A DNA stretch of 64,000 nt. Source: an uncultured Spirochaetota bacterium. Lineage in GTDB: Bacteria > Spirochaetota > Spirochaetia > SZUA-6 > Fen-1364. Location of the stretch: the NCBI GenBank assembly GCA_963845535.1, contig CAWJSK010000015.1, forward strand, positions 256,001 through 320,000, written 5' to 3'. Shown piece by piece: positions 1 through 10,161 of this stretch. The position numbers and the translations under genes are program-made. The notes under the pieces were generated by a model. The model saw nothing but the letters and a program-made list of their open reading frames with translations. It was not told where the DNA came from and did no database searches. Within the stretch, counting starts at the first letter, position 1, and the number at the start of each line of letters is the position of its first letter.

Positions 1-153
1 GTCAGCCTGCAGGAGGAGGTAGATGAAGGCCATGCCGAGGAAGGCGGCAGCCATGAAGAGGGCGCTGTGCACCAGGTTCCTCGACATGACCATGGCGAGG
101 GCCGAAAGCACAATGATTGCGGCGAATGCGTAGAAAAGGATGCCCTGGACCAT
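1..153 (-). CDS. nuoJ: NADH-quinone oxidoreductase subunit J (5' part, runs off window)
   Basis: Manual translation MVQGILFYAFAAIIVLSALAMVMSRNLVHSALFMAAAFLGMAFIYLLLQAD is a typical NuoJ N-terminus; lies directly after nuoI. Confidence 0.9.
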   Translation of the reverse strand, partial: MVQGILFYAFAAIIVLSALAMVMSRNLVHSALFMAAAFLGMAFIYLLLQAD

Positions 154-156
154 GAC

Positions 157-588
157 TTACTCTCCTCCGCTTTCAGGCGCGGCCGGAGTGGGGAGCTGCG
201 GAGGCGGGTAAACGCTCCCCCTCCAGGTGAAGACCGCGTCATCCTTTCTGTAGCATGCGAGGTCGAAGTCCGCCTTGAAAAAGATTGCGCTCTTGGGGCA
301 CGCCTCGACGCACAAACCGCAGAACAGGCAGTAGCCGAGATCCATGCTGTACCGCTTCAGCTGCCGCCTGTTCCTCTCCCCCAGGAAGTACTCCACGCGG
401 ATGACCCCGTTGGGACAGGCGTCCGAGCAGAGCCCGCAGGAAGTGCAGGCGTCCACGTCGAAGCCGAAGGAACCCTTGCTTCTCACCGGGAGATCAGGCA
501 GCTCCTCCGGATACTGCTGCGTCACCTTCTTCATGAGGAAACGCTTCGCCGTGGTAAAGAGACCTTGTGCCAATCCAATGCCAAACAC
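157..588 (-). CDS. nuoI: NADH-quinone oxidoreductase subunit I
   Basis: Two CxxCxxCxxxCP motifs ([24 protein letters not shown]) and TQQYPE; GTG start after GAGGTG RBS; forms the C-terminal part of track ORF 157..1554. Confidence 0.9.
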   Translation of the reverse strand: MFGIGLAQGLFTTAKRFLMKKVTQQYPEELPDLPVRSKGSFGFDVDACTSCGLCSDACPNGVIRVEYFLGERNRRQLKRYSMDLGYCLFCGLCVEACPKSAIFFKADFDLACYRKDDAVFTWRGSVYPPPQLPTPAAPESGGE

Positions 589-593
589 GCTGA

Positions 594-1642
594 TCACCTC
601 GTCATGTACTGGTAGAGCTTGATGCCGACACCGGTCATGAGGATGTTCAGGATGGAGAGCGGGATGAGGAACTTCCAGCTGAACTTCATCATCTTGTCGA
701 TCCGCGCGCGCGGGAACGTCCAGCGGAGCCAGAGGATCAGGAGGATCATGGCCCAGGTCTTCCCGATGAACCAGAGATAGCCCGGGCAGGATGGGCCCTT
801 GCCAGCCGCCAAGAAACAGAGTGGCCCCGAGGGCGGCCACGCTGAAGAGGTTGGCGTACTCCGCCATGAAGAAAAGCGCGAACCGCATCCCCGAGTACTC
901 GGTGTGGTAGCCGGCAACGATCTCCTGCTCCGCCTCCGTCATGTCGAAGGGGGACCGGGTCAGCTCGGCAAGGGCCGACACCATGAACACGAAGAATGCC
1001 ACGGGCTGGAGGAAGACGAACCAGAGCCCGTGCTGCGCCGCGGAAATCTGCCCGAGATTCATGGAGCCGGAAAGCATCACGACTCCCAGCATGGAGAAGG
1101 CCAGCGGGATCTCGTAGCTGATCACCTGCGCCACCGTGCGCATTCCCCCGAGGAGCGAATACTTGTTGTTGGAACCCCAGCCGGCCATCAGGATGGCAAT
1201 GGTCGACGTGGATGACAGGGCGATGAAAAAGAGAAGGCCTGCGTTCAGGTTCACCGGCGACATGCCCTTCCCGAAGGAAAGCAGCCCGTAGAGCACCATG
1301 GCAACCGTGAAGACGAGAAGGGGCGCGAGCTTGTACACGCGCTTGTCCGCAGCCCTGGGCATGATGGATTCCTTGCCGATCAGCTTGACTGCGTCATTGA
1401 CGGATTGCAGGAGACCGAACGGCCCCACGCGGTTCGGGACCGAGGCGCTCCTGGAAGAAGCTCGCCGCCCGTCTGTCCACCCAGAGAATGAGGATGATGT
1501 TGACCATGACAAGCGCTGCCACCGCGACAAAGGAGATGAGGCCCATGACCGCATCCGACAGGAGCGCGGGGAAACCCAGGGATCCCATGAGCCCGCGCAG
1601 GAAAGCCGCCACGATCAGGAAAAGGTCGTTCAAGGTCTGCAT
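594..1642 (-). CDS. nuoH: NADH-quinone oxidoreductase subunit H, split by two +1 frameshifts (likely sequencing errors)
   Basis: Three frames join into NuoH: ...FFQERLGP / [10 protein letters not shown]...[19 protein letters not shown]...[10 protein letters not shown] / YLWFIGK...[11 protein letters not shown]; extra base in GGG 1436-1438 and CCCGGG 781-786. Confidence 0.9.
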
Positions 1643-1651
1643 GCGCGCAAC

Positions 1652-2794
1652 CTACCTGTCGATCTCGCCCAGGACGATGTCCAGCGAGGCCAGCGTTGCC
1701 ACGAAATCCTGGATGGTCAGCCCTGGCGCCAGCTCGGGCAGGATGCCGATGTTGACAAATGACGGCGAACGGAGGTGCATGCGGTACGGCTTCGTGCTTC
1801 CGTCGCTCACGATGTGATACCCCTGGATGCCGCGCGCGCTTTCAATCTGTCCGAACACCTCCCCCGCCGGGGGCTTCCAGACCTTTCGCAGCTTTGTTCG
1901 AACCGGGCCTGAGGGAAGGGCGCCTAAAGCCTGTTCGACGATGCTGACACTCTGCAGGATCTCCCGGAGCCGGATGGAGTAACGGTCAAAGCAGTCACCG
2001 CCCCGCAGCACGGGAACCTCGAAGTCCAGGCGGGGATAGATCCCGTAGGGAGCATCCTTGCGCAGGTCGAGGCCCACGCCGCAGGAGCGCAGGTTGGGGC
2101 CCGTCATGCCGTACTCCAGGGCCTGGCCGGATTCGATCACGCCAATCCCCTTCGTGCGTCCGAGGAATATCTCGTTGCCCGAGACCAGGAGCTGGAAGTC
2201 ATCCAGGCGCGAGCGCAGCTCATTGAAAGTCTTTCTTACTTTTGATTCGAACTCCTCGGGCAGGTCTTCCGAGACGCCGCCGGCCACGATGTAATTGATC
2301 ATCATGCGCGACCCGGACACCGCTTCCAGGAGATCCAGGATTCCCTCCCGCGCGGTGAAGGCGTACATCCAGCCGGTGACGGCGTTCAGGTCGATGACCA
2401 TGCTGGCCAGCATCACGAGATGGCTGGCAATGCGCTGCAGCTCGGCAACGATCACGCGCAGGTACTCGGCCCGCTCGGGAACTTCGACGCCGCCGAGCTT
2501 CTCCACGGCAAGGGCGTACCCCCATGTGTTGAGCGCACCGGCCAGATAGTCGAACCGCGCCGTAAAGGACGCGAACTGCGCGTAGGTCCGCGACTCGGCG
2601 AGCTTTTCCATGCCGCGATGCAGGTAGCCGATGATGTTCTCACACGAAACGATGGTCTCACCGTTGAGGCGCAGCCGGGCGCGAAAGACGCCATGCGTGC
2701 TGGGGTGCTGAGGGCCAAGGTTGAGGACAAACTCCTCGGTCTCCAGGGCGTCGAAGCCAGGGACCTCGGAAAAGTTGATGGCGCTGTCACTCAT
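1652..2794 (-). CDS. nuoD: NADH-quinone oxidoreductase subunit D
   Basis: NLGPQHPSTHGVFR, GYLHRGMEK, C-terminal SLDIVLGEIDR; no NiFe CxxC motifs. Confidence 0.95.
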   Translation of the reverse strand: MSDSAINFSEVPGFDALETEEFVLNLGPQHPSTHGVFRARLRLNGETIVSCENIIGYLHRGMEKLAESRTYAQFASFTARFDYLAGALNTWGYALAVEKLGGVEVPERAEYLRVIVAELQRIASHLVMLASMVIDLNAVTGWMYAFTAREGILDLLEAVSGSRMMINYIVAGGVSEDLPEEFESKVRKTFNELRSRLDDFQLLVSGNEIFLGRTKGIGVIESGQALEYGMTGPNLRSCGVGLDLRKDAPYGIYPRLDFEVPVLRGGDCFDRYSIRLREILQSVSIVEQALGALPSGPVRTKLRKVWKPPAGEVFGQIESARGIQGYHIVSDGSTKPYRMHLRSPSFVNIGILPELAPGLTIQDFVATLASLDIVLGEIDR

Positions 2795-3252
2795 GTGCGG
2801 GCTTCTCCCGGGCTGTCCTCAAAGCGGGGCGCCGGCTGGACAATGAAGTCCTTGCGCAGCGGATGGCCTTCGAAATCGTCCTTGCACAGGATGCGTTTCA
2901 GGCCTTCCCGGCCGTCAAATCGCACACCCATGAGGTCCCATACCTCGCGCTCCAGGACGTCAGCGGCTTTCCAGACACCGACCACGGAAGGAAGCCGCGG
3001 GTCAGCCTTGTCCGCGTGGACCTTGACCGTGAACACGCCTACCGCCCCTTCACCGGCTCGGTCGAGAAGCCGGTAGGCCACTTCGAAGGCTTCGTGATGA
3101 TCAACCGCGTCGATGTCCAGGAGCATGAAGTCACCCAGCCGTTTGAGGGCGGACAGAACCCCGATGAGCTCAGAGGCCTGAACCAGCGCCTCGCGGCCGG
3201 CCCCTCTTGTTTCACGTCCAATGGCTTTGAGAAGAACTGCAGAATCACGCAT
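2791..3252 (-). CDS. nuoC: NADH-quinone oxidoreductase subunit C
   Basis: [12 protein letters not shown]...GHPLRKDF motif. Confidence 0.93.
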   Translation of the reverse strand: MRDSAVLLKAIGRETRGAGREALVQASELIGVLSALKRLGDFMLLDIDAVDHHEAFEVAYRLLDRAGEGAVGVFTVKVHADKADPRLPSVVGVWKAADVLEREVWDLMGVRFDGREGLKRILCKDDFEGHPLRKDFIVQPAPRFEDSPGEART

Positions 3253-3757
3253 GGAACTTCGCCTTCGACAGTGCCGGACTTCTTAGCCTGGCGCGCAGCT
3301 TGAGGAATGCGTCGATCAACGCCTCCGGCCGCGGAGGGCAGCCTGGGAGGTACACGTCCACGGGAACAATCTTGTCCACGCCTTTGACTACGGAGTAGGA
3401 ATCTGCAAACGGTCCGCCGGAAATCGCGCAGCCCCCCATTGCAATCACGTATTTCGGATCCGGCATCTGCTCGTAGAGGCGCTTCAGCACAGGCGCCATC
3501 TTGTCCGTCAACGTGCCTGCCACGATCATGACGTCCGCCTGCCGCGGTGATGGACGGAAGACCTCGAAGCCGAAGCGCGAAATGTCATAGCGCGCCCCAC
3601 CTGCCGCCATCATCTCTATGGAGCAGCAGGCAAGCCCGAATGACACGGGCCACAGGGAGTTCGACCTGCAGAAGTCCAATGCCATCTCCACTGAAGAAAA
3701 TGCCACGTAGATGGCATTGTTCTTCAGCTCCTCGACGTCTCTCTCTGCTACGTCCAT
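3245..3757 (-). CDS. nuoB: NADH-quinone oxidoreductase subunit B
   Basis: [28 protein letters not shown]; start moved to ATG 3757 overlapping the nuoA end. Confidence 0.93.
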   Translation of the reverse strand: MDVAERDVEELKNNAIYVAFSSVEMALDFCRSNSLWPVSFGLACCSIEMMAAGGARYDISRFGFEVFRPSPRQADVMIVAGTLTDKMAPVLKRLYEQMPDPKYVIAMGGCAISGGPFADSYSVVKGVDKIVPVDVYLPGCPPRPEALIDAFLKLRARLRSPALSKAKFHA

Positions 3758-4104
3758 TCGAAAGCTCCCCTGCGCCACGCGTACCAGATTCCCATGGCCA
3801 GCACTCCGATGAAAATTGCCATCTCGGCAAAAGGAGCCATCCCGACGGACTTGAATGTCAGCGCCCAGGGATACAGAAAGGCCGTTTCCACGTCGAAGAT
3901 GACGAACACGAGAGCGGAGAGGTAGTATCCGATCCTGAACTGGATCCAGGTGGGCCCTTCGGTATCCAGCCCGCACTCGTAGGTGCGTTCCTTCTCCCTG
4001 CCGCCGTGCCGCGGGCGCAGCAGCCAGTTGGTCACCATTACAATCAGGGCAAAAAGGAACCCGCCCGCCAGGAATATGAGAAAAGGCAGATAACCCGTCA
4101 GCAT
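3748..4104 (-). CDS. nuoA: NADH-quinone oxidoreductase subunit A
   Basis: YECG loop, FVIFDVE, C-terminal WRRGAFEW. Confidence 0.95.
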   Translation of the reverse strand: MLTGYLPFLIFLAGGFLFALIVMVTNWLLRPRHGGREKERTYECGLDTEGPTWIQFRIGYYLSALVFVIFDVETAFLYPWALTFKSVGMAPFAEMAIFIGVLAMGIWYAWRRGAFEWT

Positions 4105-4120
4105 GCGCTCCTCCTCCCCA

Positions 4121-7100
4121 TTAGAAGATTGCCGTCTCAGGCAGCTTGCCGGTCTTGATGTAGCCGATCATTGCCGGGGTCACCAGTCGGGCAATCTCCG
4201 GCAGGACGTGGGGCATCATGCGGTCCATGGTCCTGGGCATGAGATCCGGCATCTGTTTGCGCATGTGCTCGGGCATGGCGATCATCTTCTCCACCTCGGC
4301 AAGCATGTCGGGCATGACCCTTGGCATGAGGATGGGCATCAGGAGCGGCATCATGCCCGGCATCATTGCCGCCATGAGCCTGTCCAGGCCGGGCACCCTG
4401 GCCATCTGCATCATTGCGCGCAGCGGCAAGGGAAGCGCCTCGATCATGCTCGGGATGAGCATGGTCAGGAGCTTGGCCAGGTTTTCCGTCTTCATGAGCG
4501 TGATGACCTTGTCGAACACGCCCCACATCTCCAGGGCGTAATCCGTGGGATCCGGCAGCTCGATGCCGAGCCCCTTGGCTGCAAGCGACGCCAAATCCTT
4601 GACCGGCATCTTCTGGTGGTTCACGTCCGCGGAGACGCGCATCTGGAACTCGCAGCAGGGGCACAGGGCCACAAGCGCGTCTGCCCCGGTATCGATGGCT
4701 TCCTGCAGCTTGCGCTTGCCCAGGAGGTTCGACGTCGGCTCGGGCTCACTGACGCGCGTCAGCACGGAGCCGCAGCACAAGGCGTTCTCCCGGTTATGAG
4801 CCATCTCAACCAGCTCGATGCCGGGGATGGCCTCGAGCATTTTCCGCGGCGGCTCGTAAACGCCGCCTGCCCGGCCAATGTGGCAGGAATCATGGAAGGT
4901 GACCTTCATGTCCACGGAGTGCGTGAACTTCAATTCACCGGAATCGAGCTTCTCCTCAACGATCTCTGAGTAGTGTTTTGCCTCGATATCGTACTCAATG
5001 CCGAGCTTCTTCGCCCACTGCGGGTAGTAGGTCTTCCAGGCGAGCCAGCAGGCGGGGCAGGAGGCGACGACCGTCTTGACCCCCTTCTCCTTCATCTTGG
5101 AGATGTTGTGCCTGAGGATCTCCTCGAACACGTCCCAACGGCCGGAAACCAGCATTGGGATGCCGCAGCATGCCTCGTCCTTGCCGAGGGTGGTGAACTC
5201 CACCCCCGCGGCCGAAAGGAGGCGCGCTGACCCGACGGCGATATCCGGCTCAACAAAGGAGGCGGTGCACCCGGCAAAGTAGGCCACCTCCGCATTGTCT
5301 TTGATCTCTGCCTTGAGGTCTTCCGGGATCCATTTGTCGCGGTCAGCCGCGAAGCTGGCCCAGATGTTCTTCTCCTTGCGTGCGCTTGCTGCCATGAGCT
5401 CGATGGCCGGGAACGTCATCTGCTTTCCCGTGTTGACAAGCTCTCCGCGCATGACGGCCCAGGAGGGCTCGATAGGAAGGTCAAGCTGGCACTCGAAGTC
5501 GCAGCGCTCGCAGGTGGTGCACATGAGGAAGGAGTCCGTCACTTCCTGGTCGAACCGGTCCTTGCCCTCTGCCACCCTGCGGATGAAAGCCCATTTGCCG
5601 CGCGGGCTTGCGGACTCCCAACCCTTGCCGTCATACAGGGTGCAGACCTGGCGGCAATAGCCGCACCCGGCGCAGGCATAGGCATACCAGATGATATCCC
5701 CGGGAATACCTGCCCGTGGCTTCCAGACTTCTGCAAGCCGCGGCCGGACCATGTTGCCCATGATTCTCACGATCGGCTCGAACCATAGCGCCAGGGTGAT
5801 GACGATCTTCATGAGCCAGATGCCGGAGAGCTTGCCCGGGTTGAACAGGTCGCGATCGTCCTTGTTCCGCTTGTGATCCTGCCACAGCTTCAGCCGCATG
5901 CCATGGACCGCCCGCGCCTCCTGGCCAAGGAAGAGGCCCGAGGCGTAGGCACGGCCGCCAAGGCGCTTTGCCAGCCTGAGGATGCTCAGGGAAAGCATGA
6001 AGGCCAGATTGAAGGTGAGCTTCCTGCGGTCGTGCGGGATGATGCAGAGAAGGATGACCTCCTCGCCCTTGACCACGGTGGCCTCCACCACGACCGGCGG
6101 CCGGATGAACGCGTCCAGGCGGTTGAAGAAAGTGGAAAGGGAGGAGAGAGGGATGATCACCTCGGCCGGGACGATGGAGGGACCGAGCCGCTTTGCCTTC
6201 ATGGGATTGAACCGGTCCTGCCACTCGTGGTCGCGCATCCAGTCCGGCAGCCAGGAAGCCCCCGCGGCGGAGACAATGGCCTTCAGCTGGGGCTCCACTT
6301 CGGCGGCCCGGGACTCCGGACAGGCAATCATCATGATGTAGGATTCGGGCAGCACGGGGCGCGGGTGGGGCACTCCGTGGTGCGTCCGCGCCGGCACCAT
6401 GTTCTTCAGCCGGGCAGCCGTGGGATTGAAGAAGCCGACGTGCCAGAGGGGAAGCGCCTGCTTTTGTGCCTGTACGATGATCTCATGTATCTTGGAGATC
6501 GAGATTGCCTCGATGGCAAAGACACGGTCCGCTTCATTCCTGCGCAGACGAATGGTCAGAGTAGTAATAATGCCCGTGGTCCCCATTGCCCCGCCTACCA
6601 GGGCCAGGTCACGACCCGTCAGCAGGCGCCGCGATCCGTCTGGATTGACAAGCGTCGCCGACTCCACGTTCTGCTCGAACCAGCCGTACTGGTAGCTTCC
6701 GAAGCCGCCTCCGCCCTGTGCAAGCCAGCCGCCCACGGTGGCGCCGGGAGCGCTCGTGGGGACCATGCGCGGGGCAAGACCGCGGAAGGATAGCTGGAAG
6801 GCCAGGTGCTTCCAGACGATGCCGGGCTCCACCGTCGCTGTCATGCGCTCCTCATCCACTGAGATGATCCGGTCGAGATGGATGAGCTCCACAACCACGG
6901 CCCCGTCAGAGGGCACAACGCCGCCGTACCCTGAGGTTGCAGCCGCGCGCGGCACAACCTTGACGCCGTTTCTGGCGGACCATTCCACGACTGCCACCAC
7001 TTCATCCTCGCTTGTCGGCTGCACGATGGCAGAGGGCACGGTCCGCCCGACAAGGAGCTTTGGCATGGAGGGAAGCTCGGAGATATCGCTCTCGTACAGG

Positions 7101-7192
7101 TGACGTTCCCTCTCGCTCAGGTTCACCCGCAGACCGCCAATGCCCTGCAAAGAGGCGAGGGCAGTGACATCCAACTCCTTCAGCTTCGACAC
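4121..7192 (-). CDS. FAD-binding and Fe-S/CCG-domain oxidoreductase (GlcD-like + GlcF/HdrD-like fusion) with Met-rich tail
   Basis: FAD_binding_4-type N-terminus (PRAAATSGYGG, VEPGIVW, ATVGGWLA), two 4Fe-4S motifs (CAGCGYCRQVC, CTTCERCDFEC), two CCG domains (EACCG...SCPAC, HDSCH...LCCG...CPCC). Confidence 0.88.
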   Translation of the reverse strand: MSKLKELDVTALASLQGIGGLRVNLSERERHLYESDISELPSMPKLLVGRTVPSAIVQPTSEDEVVAVVEWSARNGVKVVPRAAATSGYGGVVPSDGAVVVELIHLDRIISVDEERMTATVEPGIVWKHLAFQLSFRGLAPRMVPTSAPGATVGGWLAQGGGGFGSYQYGWFEQNVESATLVNPDGSRRLLTGRDLALVGGAMGTTGIITTLTIRLRRNEADRVFAIEAISISKIHEIIVQAQKQALPLWHVGFFNPTAARLKNMVPARTHHGVPHPRPVLPESYIMMIACPESRAAEVEPQLKAIVSAAGASWLPDWMRDHEWQDRFNPMKAKRLGPSIVPAEVIIPLSSLSTFFNRLDAFIRPPVVVEATVVKGEEVILLCIIPHDRRKLTFNLAFMLSLSILRLAKRLGGRAYASGLFLGQEARAVHGMRLKLWQDHKRNKDDRDLFNPGKLSGIWLMKIVITLALWFEPIVRIMGNMVRPRLAEVWKPRAGIPGDIIWYAYACAGCGYCRQVCTLYDGKGWESASPRGKWAFIRRVAEGKDRFDQEVTDSFLMCTTCERCDFECQLDLPIEPSWAVMRGELVNTGKQMTFPAIELMAASARKEKNIWASFAADRDKWIPEDLKAEIKDNAEVAYFAGCTASFVEPDIAVGSARLLSAAGVEFTTLGKDEACCGIPMLVSGRWDVFEEILRHNISKMKEKGVKTVVASCPACWLAWKTYYPQWAKKLGIEYDIEAKHYSEIVEEKLDSGELKFTHSVDMKVTFHDSCHIGRAGGVYEPPRKMLEAIPGIELVEMAHNRENALCCGSVLTRVSEPEPTSNLLGKRKLQEAIDTGADALVALCPCCEFQMRVSADVNHQKMPVKDLASLAAKGLGIELPDPTDYALEMWGVFDKVITLMKTENLAKLLTMLIPSMIEALPLPLRAMMQMARVPGLDRLMAAMMPGMMPLLMPILMPRVMPDMLAEVEKMIAMPEHMRKQMPDLMPRTMDRMMPHVLPEIARLVTPAMIGYIKTGKLPETAIF

Positions 7193-7357
7193 AGATTTCC
7201 CCCTTCAGGACCGCGCGGCGCACAAGGACGCCCGGATGGGTTTTTGGCTAAAGACATTCTGGGAGGTTGATGCCTTGACTATAGCCTCATTTGCTCTGTA
7301 TTGCAATGGCTATATAAGAACTTTTGCTTATTCCAAGGAGTCGATCACCGCCGACGT

Positions 7358-8220
7358 CTATGAGCCCCCGTTGAGCGTCAGCGTGGATCCCGTGCCCACT
7401 TCCCGAAATGCGCCGGGAAATCGTCCATTCAGGTATTCCCGCGCGGCGTCCCCGGTGCAGTGGCACGGACAGATCAGCCGTGGATGGAGCTTCTCAATCC
7501 CGTCAGCAAGGAGGGCAACCGCCTCGGGCGAAGCCTTCGAAAGATGCATGCCTCCGACGATGGCTCGCAGCCGTCCCGTCCGGGAGGCGCTCAGGGCGCA
7601 CGCCACCGTGTTGTAGACTCCTGCATGAGAGCAGCCAAGAAAGACGACCACCCCGTCGGCTGTTTCGAAAGCCAGCGCCTGGTCATCCAGAAGCGGATCA
7701 GGTGTTCTGCATTCCGCGTCGAGAAAGAACCGGCCGGCAGGCGTCTCGGTGGGAATGCTCCGGGGATCTCTCCCGTCAAGAAAATCGCGGGCTGGAGGTG
7801 GGTCACGGAATTTGTCCAGTGGACGTATTCCTTGCGAGTTGCGAAAAGCTCCCCTGCGCCAAGCGGGAATCCCGCCGCCCGAACCGTGCCGTCCGCCGAC
7901 TGGGAGTACCGCTCCCTCAACGCGGTGGGATGCAGAAAGAGATCAGCCTTCTGGCATGCCGCCAGTGTGGCCTGCATCCCTCCGGTGTGGTCGTCATGTC
8001 CGTGGCTGATTGCCACTGCGTCGATTTCAGCGGGTTCGAGGCCGAGCCGCCGCGCATTCTCCAACGCGGCCGCGCTCTGCCCCGTGTCGAAGAGCACTCG
8101 GAAATGATCCGCTTCGATCCAGACGGAAAGGCCGTGCTCGGCCTTCAGGCCGGCCGTTCCCGGCGAATCATCAATAAGGACCGTGAAGCGCAGGCTTTGC
8201 ACGAAGCTTAATGGGCGCAT
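7358..8220 (-). CDS. MBL-fold metallo-hydrolase (EHGLS / GCSH-G subfamily), one -1 frameshift
   Basis: AEHGLS, FDTG, SHGHDDHTGG, then GCSHAG, GGMHL, PCHCTG; adding one C in run 7762-7765 joins TGEIP to RSIPTE...DPLLDDQAL. Confidence 0.85.
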
Positions 8221-8558
8221 TGATTGCCTCCCGCCATATGAAATCTCTCATCCTTGAGCGTGCCTTTCAGGTATCCGCAGATGACTTCCTCGATGTCACC
8301 ATGAATGAGCGGGATGACCTGAATGCCTCGCGCCTCCACGGCGCGCCGGACCGGCACAGATATCGCGCCGCAGATCACCCCGCACGCGCCTGCCATCTCA
8401 AGCCTGAGGGCGATGGCTTGCGGAGATGCTTCGGCAAGCCTGACCTCCCTTCTTGCCGTCACTTTCCCGTTGATGACGTCGACGAGGAGCAGCGTCCTGG
8501 CAAAATCGAGCGTGGTTGCAACGCGCCCCTGCCAGGCGGCTATCGCTGTTCGGCTCAT
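8208..8558 (-). CDS. NifB/NifX-family (FeMo-co binding domain-like) protein
   Basis: RVATTLDFA...VICGAIS...GIQVIP..GDIEEV pattern, 116 aa. Confidence 0.75.
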   Translation of the reverse strand: MSRTAIAAWQGRVATTLDFARTLLLVDVINGKVTARREVRLAEASPQAIALRLEMAGACGVICGAISVPVRRAVEARGIQVIPLIHGDIEEVICGYLKGTLKDERFHMAGGNQCAH

Positions 8559-8572
8559 CCAGTAGGTATTAA

Positions 8573-8588
8573 TGCATGAAGCATGCCA
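8573..8588 (-). promoter_or_regulatory. sigma54 -24/-12 promoter
   Basis: TGGCATGCTTCATGCA on minus strand (GG-N10-GC) just upstream of the NifX-like gene and next to a sigma54 activator. Confidence 0.75.
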
Positions 8589-8672
8589 GGAAGGAGGAAA
8601 ACGGAGGTCGTGTTCAATTCGTTATGCTGATTGATATTAGGCTACGGCTATTCGAAATGAAATCTCATAGGA

Positions 8673-8717
8673 TGCATTTCTGCACTCTTTCCGTAGCGCG
8701 GAGATTGCAGGAATGCT
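8673..8717. promoter_or_regulatory. Candidate enhancer sites for the PAS sigma54 activator
   Basis: TGCATTTCTGCA (8673-8684) and TGCAGGAATGCT (8706-8717), TGCA-N4-TGC palindromes about 85-130 bp upstream of the sigma54 promoter. Confidence 0.5.
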
Positions 8718-10044
8718 ACGAGTTGTGGATGCCGAGAGCCTTCATCTTGCGAAACAGGGTCGACTTGTGCATGCCAAGCTCCCCCGCGGTCCTGGCCCTG
8801 TTCCAGCCGTTGCGCTTGAGCGCGTTCATGATGAACGCAGCCTCCGACTGACGGAAGCTCCGGTAGCTGCCCTGCTGGCGCGGCTCGTGCTCCCGACTTT
8901 CGCCGCGTAGCGGTTCAGGCAGATGGTGCCAGTCGATCTCTCCGCTTCTGCAGAGGATGAATGCCCGCTCGATGATATTCTCGAGCTCCCGGACATTTCC
9001 CGGGAAATTGTACGCCATCAGGCACGACATGGCTTCGTCGGTCATCCCGGCAACATCGCGATCTTGTATGTGGTTCAGCTTTGCAATGAAATGCTCGACG
9101 AGAAGAGGGATGTCCTCCATGCGGTCGCGCAAGGGGGGAAGTGACAGGCACACGACGTTTATTCTATAGAAGAGATCCTCCCGGAAAGTCCCTGCCCGAA
9201 CCAACCCTTGCAGGTTCTTGTTCGTTGCCGCGATTATCCTTACGTCCGCGCTGACGGGCTCCGTGGAGCCAAGCGGTTCGTAGGAGCGCTCCTGAAGAAC
9301 CCGCAGCAGACGAACCTGCAGGGCAGGGGAGACGTCGCCAATTTCGTCAAGAAAGAGCGTCCCTCCCTCCGCACGGGCAAAACGGCCGGGGGCGTCTGTT
9401 CGTGCATCCGTAAAGGCGCCTGCCCTGTGGCCGAACAATTCCGACTCGAGCAGAGTGTCGGGAAGGGCCGCGCAGTTCACGGCGACAAACGGCTTTTTCT
9501 TCCGCATGCTGAGGGAGTGCAGAGCGCGCGCGAACAGTTCCTTCCCCGTGCCGCTTTCCCCTTCCAGGAGGACGGTGCTGCCTGAGCGGGCAACATCAGG
9601 AAGAATATCGAAAAGCTTGCGCATGCAATGGCTGCGGCTGATGATGTCCTCGAAGCTGTACTCCCGCTCGATTTCCTTGCGAAGGGTGTCGATCATCGTA
9701 AGGTCGCGGAATGTCTCCACCCCGCCCAGGATCTCACCACTGCGGTCTTGCAGGATGGCCGTGGTGATGCTGATGGATCTCCTGGTTCCCGACGCATCGA
9801 GAATTGCCACGTTCTTCCCGAGCACCGGCTTTCCCGAGCGCATGGTCTGATGCAAAGCGCATTTGCCTTCGCAGATGCTGGCTCGAAGGATCTCCCGGCA
9901 GGGCATGCCAATGGCACGCGCGCGTGGGGTGCCGGTGATTATTTCCGCGGCGCTGTTGAAGGACGTGATTCTGAAGGACTTGTCGACGGTGAAAACTCCC
10001 TCGGTGATTGAGTCGAGAATGATCGTCTGGATCTCATCAGGCAT
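8716..10044 (-). CDS. PAS-domain sigma54-dependent activator, OrpR-like
   Basis: PAS with C-x8-C-x3-[15 protein letters not shown] loop, [10 protein letters not shown], Fis-type HTH; start may be 10044 or 10086. Confidence 0.9.
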   Translation of the reverse strand: MPDEIQTIILDSITEGVFTVDKSFRITSFNSAAEIITGTPRARAIGMPCREILRASICEGKCALHQTMRSGKPVLGKNVAILDASGTRRSISITTAILQDRSGEILGGVETFRDLTMIDTLRKEIEREYSFEDIISRSHCMRKLFDILPDVARSGSTVLLEGESGTGKELFARALHSLSMRKKKPFVAVNCAALPDTLLESELFGHRAGAFTDARTDAPGRFARAEGGTLFLDEIGDVSPALQVRLLRVLQERSYEPLGSTEPVSADVRIIAATNKNLQGLVRAGTFREDLFYRINVVCLSLPPLRDRMEDIPLLVEHFIAKLNHIQDRDVAGMTDEAMSCLMAYNFPGNVRELENIIERAFILCRSGEIDWHHLPEPLRGESREHEPRQQGSYRSFRQSEAAFIMNALKRNGWNRARTAGELGMHKSTLFRKMKALGIHNS

Positions 10045-10161
10045 TGGCGGGATTTCCTGGGCTGTCCGCTGGCACCTGCCCAGCATAGTTCACGCGTCAT
10101 AGCTGCGCAAGCGGCGCATGGCCATGCTGGCCCTCGTACCCGGCGCATGTCGTGCGCAGGT

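Noticed and set aside
157..1554. Apparent NuoH-NuoI fusion protein (465 aa)
   Set aside because: Caused by two +1 indels in nuoH; nuoI has its own RBS and GTG at 588
1652..3757. Group 4 NiFe hydrogenase instead of complex I
   Set aside because: Large subunit lacks both CxxC NiFe motifs; nuoA is present
7270..7315. Imperfect inverted repeat (TATAGCC...GGCTATA) upstream of the oxidoreductase
   Set aside because: Single occurrence, cannot be assigned to a regulator or terminator
8208..8558. Nitrogen-fixation gene
   Set aside because: NifX-like domain occurs widely outside nif clusters; no nif genes nearby
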